Under the pieces are notes generated by a model, which worked only from the letters and a program-made list of their open reading frames with translations, was not told the origin of the DNA and made no database searches. Source: an uncultured Pseudomonadota bacterium (GTDB lineage Bacteria > Pseudomonadota > Alphaproteobacteria > RF32 > CAG-239). Taken from it: a stretch of DNA of 64,000 nucleotides. The position numbers and the translations under genes are program-made. Shown here piece by piece: positions 56,529 to 63,647 of this stretch. Positions within the stretch are counted from its first letter, which is position 1; each line of letters begins with the position of its first letter. The stretch lies in the NCBI GenBank assembly GCA_949300375.1, contig CASGEB010000007.1:7439-71438 (forward strand), given 5' to 3'.

Positions 56529-56783
56529 CTATGCCGATTGTTCTTTTTTGACCTCAGCGGCTTTTTGATAACAATTACAATGGCAAACGCCTTTTTCTTC
56601 AATATCTTTGCGGCATTGTTCCGAAATGCAGTAACGAGCGGGATTTTGTCCGTCACAGGGGCATCTCTGCCATTCGGCGTCACCAAACATCATACTTTTG
56701 GCTTTGGCAATTTTTTCAATGTTTTTGGTCGGCGTATATCCGGCTTCTTCACATTTTTTAAGCATATTATCCAGAATTGTCAT
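56529..56783 (-). CDS. ferredoxin-thioredoxin reductase catalytic subunit-like small Cys-rich protein
   Basis: CPC...C...C...CHC spacing (RCPCDGQNPARYCISEQCRKDIEEKGVCHCNCY) resembles the FTR catalytic chain. ATG 56783 lies 13 nt after the parB stop; the track starts at TTG 56804. Confidence 0.55.
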   Translation of the reverse strand: MTILDNMLKKCEEAGYTPTKNIEKIAKAKSMMFGDAEWQRCPCDGQNPARYCISEQCRKDIEEKGVCHCNCYQKAAEVKKEQSA

Positions 56784-56796
56784 TTTTATTCTCTCT

Positions 56797-57849
56797 TTAA
56801 TCAACTACTTTTATGGTAAATTTTTCGGAATTGCCGGCCGGTGCGGCGGCAGATGTCCGGGCAGGCATCTGATTTTCCGGATTCACGTTATTTTTGCGCT
56901 TATTTTCCAAGATGTCAACAATCATATCCAACTCGGCAACAGAAGCATATTGCAGAACGACTTTTCCGCCGCCTTGTTTGCTTGGCGTAATTTTTATCCG
57001 CAAACCCAGAGATTTTTTCAAATCCCTTTCAATAGTTTCCAAATCTTCATTCTTTTTGACTGATTTTTTTTCTTCTGTTTTATCGCCTTTTTCTTTCAGA
57101 CGGTTGACGAGTTCTTCTACCTGCCGGACGCTTAAATCTTTTTGGATGATTGTTTTAGCCAGTTCCTCGGCATTTTCCAGCCCTATCAGACAACGGGCGT
57201 GGCCGGCGCTCAATTTACCTTCTTTTATCATTTCTTTTATCGAATCGGGCAAACTAAGCAAGCGCAATGTGTTGGCAATATGGCTGCGGGATTTGCCGAC
57301 AATTTGCGACAAAGCTTCCTGAGTGTGGGAAAATTCGTCAATCAGACGCTGAAAACCTTCGGCTTCTTCTATAGCAGACAAATTTTCACGCAGCAGATTC
57401 TCAACCAGGGCAACTTCTAAAACTTCTTTATCATTAAGGTCTTTGATGATAACGGGAAGTTTTTCTAATCCGGCTTTTTGTGCGGCACGCCAACGGCGCT
57501 CGCCGGCAATGATTTCATATTTATCGTCTTTTTTGCGAACCAATAAGGGTTGGAGAACTCCCTTTTCTTTGATTGATTCGGCCAAAGCATTTAAGGCCTC
57601 TTCATCAAATTCGCTTCTTGGCTGATATTTCCCCGGAACAATGCTGCTGACGGGAATTTCGATATCTGTATGGCTCCCGGCAGGGGAATCGGCTGTTAAA
57701 AAAACATCTTCGGCTGTTAAATCATCATCGCCCAGCAAGGCGCCGAGCCCGCGTCCTAGACTTTTGCGTTTGTGATGTTCCGTATTTTCCGTATGAGAAT
57801 TTTCGTTTTCGCCGCTATTCAGCAGTTCGTCCAATTCATTATCTAACAT
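56797..57849 (-). CDS. parB: chromosome partitioning protein ParB
   Basis: 350 aa. LGRGLGALL, QPRSEFDEEAL, GERRWRAA, HTH region. Confidence 0.92.
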   Translation of the reverse strand: MLDNELDELLNSGENENSHTENTEHHKRKSLGRGLGALLGDDDLTAEDVFLTADSPAGSHTDIEIPVSSIVPGKYQPRSEFDEEALNALAESIKEKGVLQPLLVRKKDDKYEIIAGERRWRAAQKAGLEKLPVIIKDLNDKEVLEVALVENLLRENLSAIEEAEGFQRLIDEFSHTQEALSQIVGKSRSHIANTLRLLSLPDSIKEMIKEGKLSAGHARCLIGLENAEELAKTIIQKDLSVRQVEELVNRLKEKGDKTEEKKSVKKNEDLETIERDLKKSLGLRIKITPSKQGGGKVVLQYASVAELDMIVDILENKRKNNVNPENQMPARTSAAAPAGNSEKFTIKVVD

Positions 57850-58622
57850 GCAACCAATTCCTTCTCTCTTTTTAATACTTCACCGGTCAGGCTGATATAT
57901 GCCTGCGAACCCGGGCATTTGAAATCATAAAGCAAAACAGGTTTGCCGTGCGACGGCGCTTCCGAAATCCGGACGTTCCGCGGTATAACAGTGTTATAAA
58001 CCTTTTTTCCGAAGAAGTTGCGAACATCTTCTTCGACCATTTGAGTCAGGTTGTTTCTTTTATCGTACATTGTTAAGACAACACCCTGAAGCTCCAATGA
58101 CGGGTTAAATCTTTTTTTAATCGTATTAATATTCCGAATCAAATCCGTAATGCCTTCCAAAGCCAAAAATTCACATTGCAGAGGAACAATTACGGCGTTG
58201 GCCGCCACAAGTGCGTTTATGGTTACGAGGCTCAAAGACGGCGGACAATCAATCAGGACATAATCATAATTAACGGCATCACGCTGAATGGCCTTTTTCA
58301 GCGCATATTCACGGTTATCCATATCGACAAGCTCAATTTCGGCTCCGGCCAGATCCGGAGACGACGGAACCAGAGAAAAATTTGGAATCTCCGTCCAGAC
58401 AATTGCTTCGCTCAATTTACGCGCCCCCAAGAGAACTTCATATGAAGAGACCATACGGCCGCGTTTGTCGATACCCATGGAAGTTGACGCATTTCCCTGC
58501 GGATCCAAATCAATTACCAAAACCTTTTTGCCGGTGGCGGCCATTGCCGTTGCAACATTGACTGTCGTCGTGGTCTTGCCGACGCCTCCTTTGCGGTTGG
58601 CTATAGCAATTATTCTTGGCAT
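57843..58622 (-). CDS. parA: chromosome partitioning ATPase ParA
   Basis: 259 aa. Deviant Walker A NRKGGVGKTT, DLDPQGN. Confidence 0.93.
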   Translation of the reverse strand: MPRIIAIANRKGGVGKTTTTVNVATAMAATGKKVLVIDLDPQGNASTSMGIDKRGRMVSSYEVLLGARKLSEAIVWTEIPNFSLVPSSPDLAGAEIELVDMDNREYALKKAIQRDAVNYDYVLIDCPPSLSLVTINALVAANAVIVPLQCEFLALEGITDLIRNINTIKKRFNPSLELQGVVLTMYDKRNNLTQMVEEDVRNFFGKKVYNTVIPRNVRISEAPSHGKPVLLYDFKCPGSQAYISLTGEVLKREKELVAC

Positions 58623-58625
58623 ACA

Positions 58626-59243
58626 TTATCTCCTTTTCTGAATATCCGTTATAATTAAAACAACACCTTCATTGCTTTCACTGCCGGGCAAAATTTCCAT
58701 AGAGAATTTCCAAAACTTTTCAGCTTCTTCTATTTCTTCTTTGTAACTTTTGCCTTTGAGAAAAATACATCTGGTTTTTTTAGTGCAAAATTTCTGAGCG
58801 TAGCCCAACAGGCTGTTTAATGACGCCATTGCCCGCGACGTAATGGCGGCCGCCGGGTCGGCAGGCAAGTTTTCAATCCGTTGATTTATAATCTCAACAT
58901 TGGTTATACCGGTTATTTTTTCCACTTCTTTTAAATACAGCGTTTTTTTATTAACACTTTCAACAAGCTTGAATTTTAAATACGGCGTTTTTTCTTGAGC
59001 CATAATAGCCAGCACCATCCCCGGAAAGCCAGCTCCTGAGCCAAAATCATAAACCGTCCCCTTATCCGGCAACAAAGAAAAAATTTGCATAGAATCTAAA
59101 AAATGACGTTTCCAAGCATTTTCCAGTGAATTACGGCTAACCAGATTCATACGATTTTGCCACTCATAAAGTGATGATTCGTACAACTTTAACTTTTCCA
59201 TTGTTTCACGTGAAACAGTATATTTATGCTCTAAATTTTCCAT
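58626..59243 (-). CDS. rsmG: 16S rRNA (guanine527-N7)-methyltransferase
   Basis: 205 aa. HFLDS, DFGSGAGFPG SAM motif. Located upstream of parA. Confidence 0.9.
   Translation of the reverse strand: MENLEHKYTVSRETMEKLKLYESSLYEWQNRMNLVSRNSLENAWKRHFLDSMQIFSLLPDKGTVYDFGSGAGFPGMVLAIMAQEKTPYLKFKLVESVNKKTLYLKEVEKITGITNVEIINQRIENLPADPAAAITSRAMASLNSLLGYAQKFCTKKTRCIFLKGKSYKEEIEEAEKFWKFSMEILPGSESNEGVVLIITDIQKRR
59202..59217. repeat. 16-bp perfect palindrome TGTTTCACGTGAAACA (copy in rsmG codons 9-14)
   Basis: Read directly from the sequence. The 18-nt ATTGTTTCACGTGAAACA is identical to 63943-63960. Confidence 0.9.
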
Positions 59244-59400
59244 AAAATATTTATATAATTTTTATAAAAAATTTAAAATATAAAAAATACAGTTATAAAC
59301 ACCTAATTTAAGATAAAAAAAACGAAACACAGACAACAAAACCTTTTATAAAAAAGATTCTAAAATCAACAACTTAAACATAGTTTTCTGAATCAATTCA

Positions 59401-60240
59401 TCAATATTTATTTAATTTCCAATAATTTTTATATCCAATATTTTGCAAAAAGCTTTCAGCATCTGTAAAATTACGGCACAATTCACTCGTTCGATGGGCG
59501 TCATCACTAATAAGAATTGGAATATTGAGCATATGCATCTTTTGCAACAGTATCGGCGCCGGGTAGTAATGACCGTCTTTTCGGAGTCCTTTGGTGCTTA
59601 ACTCCGCCGGAATATTGTTGTTTGCCAGAGTTTGCAGCAACTGTTCTTTTTCCGGCATAAAGCTTTCGTCATTACATCCCGGAACCCGACGCATATAATC
59701 AATATGCGCCACAAAGCTAAATAGTCCGCTGGCAGCGGCATCTTTTATCGTAAGAAAGTGCCGACGGAGAAAATCTTTTTGCTGAGAAAGATTCGGAATA
59801 TGTTTGGTTAATTCATCGGCATCAATGGGATATTCACAGTTTTCGGAAAAAAGAAAATGGTTACCGGTGATATAATAATCCAGGTTCGTTTGTTTTTGAA
59901 AATTTTTAAATTCTTCCAACCAACCGTCATAAGTGAAAAAATCTACTTCGGCGCCAACAAAGATTTTTAGAGGATAATTTTTTTTAAGCTTTTCTATTTC
60001 GGCCTTATATTTTGCAAAAGCATCGGCAGCTTCGGCAAAATCAGTCCGATAGATATGGGCGCCGTGATAAGCCTGAAGTTTTGGCCAACTCGGACTCTGT
60101 TTAAAATTTTTATGAACGACCAGATGTTCGGAAAAGCCAATCTCTGCCAAGCCGCATTTAACGGCTTGTTCCAACATTTCTTCGGCAGTATTGCGACCGT
60201 CGGAAAACAACGTATGTGTGTGATAACTGAAATTTTGCAT
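59401..60240 (-). CDS. PHP-domain phosphoesterase (HisJ-type histidinol-phosphatase family)
   Basis: 279 aa. YHTHTLFSDG (HxH), GFSEHL, FVAHIDY and SDDAHR metal-ligand motifs of the PHP fold. Confidence 0.8.
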   Translation of the reverse strand: MQNFSYHTHTLFSDGRNTAEEMLEQAVKCGLAEIGFSEHLVVHKNFKQSPSWPKLQAYHGAHIYRTDFAEAADAFAKYKAEIEKLKKNYPLKIFVGAEVDFFTYDGWLEEFKNFQKQTNLDYYITGNHFLFSENCEYPIDADELTKHIPNLSQQKDFLRRHFLTIKDAAASGLFSFVAHIDYMRRVPGCNDESFMPEKEQLLQTLANNNIPAELSTKGLRKDGHYYPAPILLQKMHMLNIPILISDDAHRTSELCRNFTDAESFLQNIGYKNYWKLNKY

Positions 60241-60242
60241 AG

Positions 60243-61667
60243 CTAAACTTCATAATACGGCAAAAGTTTTATATCTTCCCCTTCAACAGAAGTTTGAATA
60301 TCTATGCCGATATTTTGTAAATTATGCACCAGGTTCGGATATCCGCGCAAAGCATATGAAGGCGTTTTGATTGTGCTTTTTCCTTTCGCAACGGCAGCAG
60401 TCAAAATCAGACCTATTGTGCCGCGCAAATCCATTCCGCTGACATCGGCTCCTTGATATTTTGATGGGTGGATTTTAACAATTAAAGCTTCTTTGTTGGC
60501 GATGACCTGACTGGTTACGATATCTATTTTTTCACTTTCGCAATTTAATCCGAATTTGCGCATTTCTTTTAAATGTCCGTCGCGTCCCGGCCAAATGGCA
60601 TCGGTTATCATCGAATCATTCTCGGCCAAACCTAATATCGGCGTCCAAATCTGTTGAATATCCGTTTCAGCTCCGGGAAACGGCGTCATTTGCATAACGA
60701 CACCATTAAATTTCGGACGATTGCAAAAATTAAAACTAAGCTGTGTTCTGTCGGGAGAATAAAAAATTCCGCTTGAAAACATTTTATTTAACTGTGAAAA
60801 CCACGGACGGCAGTGTTCAAAATTGATTCCATTAATCTGTATCTCTCCTTTTGTTCCCAACGCAAGCAACGCATAAGTCGCAGCCTCTATCCGGTCTGGT
60901 ATAACATAAAAACTTCCGCCTTTAAGCAGAGATTTGTTTTTTCCATCATAAATTATGCCGGTGCTTTCACTATCTGTTAATCCCAGTCCCATTTGCTGCA
61001 GCATATCTATCAGGTTTGAAACTTCCGGCTCGAGCGAGGCATTGTAAATCATTTTGACATCCTGAGCGCCGGCAACCGCCAAAAGCCAGTGAAACGTCGC
61101 CCCATGAGAAACGCGCAATGTGGTGTAAATTGGACGGATTGTTTTTGGATTTTTTTTCGGAAGGGTGAAAATCAGATAATTTCCTCCGCCGGTATTTTCT
61201 TCTTCTATTGATGCTCCCAAAACCGAACGAATTAAATCTTCATGAAAATCCGTCGGACGTTTGCCGCCAAAAGAACAGCCGCCCGGAACATAAACTTTCA
61301 GACTGTCAAACTCTTTGGTATAACGAAACCGGGCCAGCAGCGACCCCCAAAGGTAATAACTTGCGCGGATATGCGAAGCTTTTTGTGAAACAATATTATT
61401 GCTGATTTTTGCCGCATGAAGATATAAAATTTTCTGCCGGAAATTATAGCGGACATCAACGCCCAATTCTATCAATATCTGTCCTAATTCCAGAACATCG
61501 CTGATATTCGGAACATTATGCAATATAACCGGTTCATTGGTCAGTAATGCTGCGCACATCAATCCGAGAATCGAGTTTTTTGCTCCGCTGATGTCAACTG
61601 AACCGGCAACCGGTTTTCCGCCATTTATAATTAAATTTTCCGGAATAAAAAATCTTGATTTCAGCAT
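60243..61667 (-). CDS. MurA-like enolpyruvyl transferase (EPSP synthase fold), divergent long paralog
   Basis: 474 aa. Colinear with MurA: ISGAKNS, IRASYYLWGSLLARF, VPGGCSFGGKRPTDFH (Cys in the MurA catalytic-loop position), PDRIEAATY, DLRGT, RGY. Confidence 0.8.
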   Translation of the reverse strand: MLKSRFFIPENLIINGGKPVAGSVDISGAKNSILGLMCAALLTNEPVILHNVPNISDVLELGQILIELGVDVRYNFRQKILYLHAAKISNNIVSQKASHIRASYYLWGSLLARFRYTKEFDSLKVYVPGGCSFGGKRPTDFHEDLIRSVLGASIEEENTGGGNYLIFTLPKKNPKTIRPIYTTLRVSHGATFHWLLAVAGAQDVKMIYNASLEPEVSNLIDMLQQMGLGLTDSESTGIIYDGKNKSLLKGGSFYVIPDRIEAATYALLALGTKGEIQINGINFEHCRPWFSQLNKMFSSGIFYSPDRTQLSFNFCNRPKFNGVVMQMTPFPGAETDIQQIWTPILGLAENDSMITDAIWPGRDGHLKEMRKFGLNCESEKIDIVTSQVIANKEALIVKIHPSKYQGADVSGMDLRGTIGLILTAAVAKGKSTIKTPSYALRGYPNLVHNLQNIGIDIQTSVEGEDIKLLPYYEV

Positions 61668-61724
61668 TGCGCACCTTCCTTTATTTTGATTGCGCTATTA
61701 TATTTTATAATGGTTAATTACGGC

Positions 61725-62360
61725 TTAATAATCCCTCTCTTTTATTCCCAGAATGCGGTAAACATCTGTCTTACACAAAATGTCAAAATGTCTTTTTAAA
61801 GGTAAAACATCGCGAATCAGGTTTTGTTTTTGAGCTGCTGACAAGTGATAGCGCCGGGCAATGCCTTCGGCTCGCTGTTCAATGGTTACAAAATTAAAAT
61901 CTTCGGTCAACATATCGCAAAACTGGATTAAGCGGTCGTAATCATCATATTTATAATTGCGAAGTTTTGTTTTTGCCCAATCAAGCCATTCTTTCGGGTA
62001 ATTATATTCTTCATCCGAAAAATTTTGAATATGAAAAGTATGAGTCAGGCAAATGCGGGCAACGTCATCATAACCGAGTTTTAACATTTCTTCATAGCCT
62101 TCGCGTCCGTGAAAGCGGTTTTCTTCCCGTTCGTTAATTCTTTTGCCGTAATCGTGCAAAAGGCCTAATATATACGCTTTTTCAGAATCAAGAAAAGGTA
62201 TGCATTCTGCAATAATTTTTGCAAAACGCGCTACATTTCTGGTATGAAAGGCGTAAGCATCCCGGTCTTTAAAATGATACGGTTTAGACAAGCGGTTAAG
62301 AATTACCGCGTGCCAAAGTTTCTCGGCCGTGACCAGATCCGGAAATTTTGGTTTTATCAT
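61725..62360 (-). CDS. HD-domain metal-dependent phosphohydrolase, paralog C
   Basis: 211 aa. H...GLLHDYGK...FHG...THTF...FCDML, i.e. an H-HD-H-H-D ligand pattern. Confidence 0.75.
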   Translation of the reverse strand: MIKPKFPDLVTAEKLWHAVILNRLSKPYHFKDRDAYAFHTRNVARFAKIIAECIPFLDSEKAYILGLLHDYGKRINEREENRFHGREGYEEMLKLGYDDVARICLTHTFHIQNFSDEEYNYPKEWLDWAKTKLRNYKYDDYDRLIQFCDMLTEDFNFVTIEQRAEGIARRYHLSAAQKQNLIRDVLPLKRHFDILCKTDVYRILGIKERDY

Positions 62361-62979
62361 ATTTTACTCCTACCAAATCGTAAATATTCCGGCCGCATTT
62401 TTGTTCAAAATATGTCTTGATTTGCTGCAATTGTTTCACGTGAATCAAAATTCCGGGATTGTTGTAACGTCGCGCCAAACTGGCAAAACGGTATTCTATC
62501 GTACAACTCGTCCCTTTGTCATTCAACACATCAGCCAGCTGCAGCAACAGGTCGTAATCATTATAGGTCACGTTTTTGAGATACGCCTGACATTTTAGCA
62601 AATCATCATACGGCTGGGTAAATTTTTTAATATCGAAATCTTTATCATAAAAACTATGGGTAATGCATATGCGGGCAACATCGTTATATCCTTCGGACAT
62701 CATCCAGTCAAAACCGACGTTGGCGTGAAAACGGTTTTCGGCAAATTCATTAATACAACGGCCGCAATCATGCAATAATCCCAGGACATAGGCTTTTTCA
62801 GAATCAAGCCCGGGGCAGCAGCCGGCTATTTTTTCGGCAATTGAAGCAACAGCATGGCAATGTTTGCGAAATTCGGTTTCCCATTCCGGCTTAAAAGGGT
62901 ATTTTGTGGCATTGCGTTTTTGAATCACTGTTTCAAAAAGTTCTTCCGCTTTTTTTCTGTCGGGATACAACCGATTCAT
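62296..62979 (-). CDS. HD-domain metal-dependent phosphohydrolase, paralog B (3' end overlaps paralog C by 65 nt)
   Basis: 227 aa. HCH...GLLHDCGR...FHA...THSF...LADVL. Its C-terminus runs about 15 residues beyond where paralogs A and C stop. Confidence 0.75.
   Translation of the reverse strand: MNRLYPDRKKAEELFETVIQKRNATKYPFKPEWETEFRKHCHAVASIAEKIAGCCPGLDSEKAYVLGLLHDCGRCINEFAENRFHANVGFDWMMSEGYNDVARICITHSFYDKDFDIKKFTQPYDDLLKCQAYLKNVTYNDYDLLLQLADVLNDKGTSCTIEYRFASLARRYNNPGILIHVKQLQQIKTYFEQKCGRNIYDLVGVKYDKTKISGSGHGRETLARGNS
62432..62447. repeat. near-copy of the palindrome (TGTTTCACGTGAATCA) inside HD paralog B
   Basis: 17 of 18 match to ATTGTTTCACGTGAAACA. The corresponding residues (IHVKQ) are not conserved in paralogs A or C. 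Confidence 0.8.
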
Positions 62980-63014
62980 TTTTCATATTTTCCTTTTTAA
63001 ATACATTGTTTAAA

Positions 63015-63644
63015 TCAAACAGATATTTTATGTTCTATTTCTAATAAATCATAAATATTGCACCGACATTTTTTATCAAAATACTCTTTCAATTCATTCA
63101 TTTTTTTAACTGAGGCTTTTACTACCTGATCATTCAGGTTATGTCTTCTGGCAACACTGTCAAAACGATATTCTATGGTGCACTGGCGTCCACAATCGTT
63201 TAAAATATCAGCCAGCTGAATCAGATAGTCGTAATCATTAAACGACAAAGATTTAAGAAGTTCGCGGCAGCGGACATAATCCTGCGGTTTCATTCGGTAC
63301 ATTGAAAGATTTAAGCGCGGTTCATAGAAACAATGAGTAAAGGCGATACGGGCGGCATCAGGCATTTTATGAGAAAAGAGATAGTCAAAACCCGTCAAAC
63401 CATGAAAAACACATTCTGTTCTTTCATCTTTTATTCTGCCGGCATCATGCAAAAGCCCGTATATATATGATTTTTCAGGGTCAAGATTTGAGGCGGCCTG
63501 AGCGATTTTTTTAGAAATAAAGGCAACGGAAAGACAATGATCATAAAATTTCTGTTCTATTTCAGCCGAAAAAGGGCATAATGAATGCCTGCGCGTTTCT
63601 ATGACCTTATTTAAAAGAGATTTTGCTTTTTCAACTTCCGACAT
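63015..63644 (-). CDS. HD-domain metal-dependent phosphohydrolase, paralog A
   Basis: 209 aa. H36, H66-D67 (GLLHDAGR), H81 (FHG), H104 (THCF), D146 (LADIL). ATG lies 3 nt after the mnmG stop. Confidence 0.75.
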   Translation of the reverse strand: MSEVEKAKSLLNKVIETRRHSLCPFSAEIEQKFYDHCLSVAFISKKIAQAASNLDPEKSYIYGLLHDAGRIKDERTECVFHGLTGFDYLFSHKMPDAARIAFTHCFYEPRLNLSMYRMKPQDYVRCRELLKSLSFNDYDYLIQLADILNDCGRQCTIEYRFDSVARRHNLNDQVVKASVKKMNELKEYFDKKCRCNIYDLLEIEHKISV

Positions 63645-63647
63645 TTG

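Noticed and set aside
56797-59400. Replication origin / DnaA-box cluster near parAB-rsmG
   Set aside because: I looked for TTATCCACA-like boxes and AT-rich unwinding repeats. The 157-bp AT-rich spacer at 59244-59400 has no recognisable DnaA boxes. Alphaproteobacterial origins are usually elsewhere, near hemE.
62296-62360. Interpretation of the HD-B/HD-C 65-nt overlap as a frameshifted fusion or pseudogene
   Set aside because: Both ORFs are full length relative to paralog A and keep all candidate metal ligands. B merely lacks the stop at the usual position and reads on in its own frame. This could still be checked against reads.
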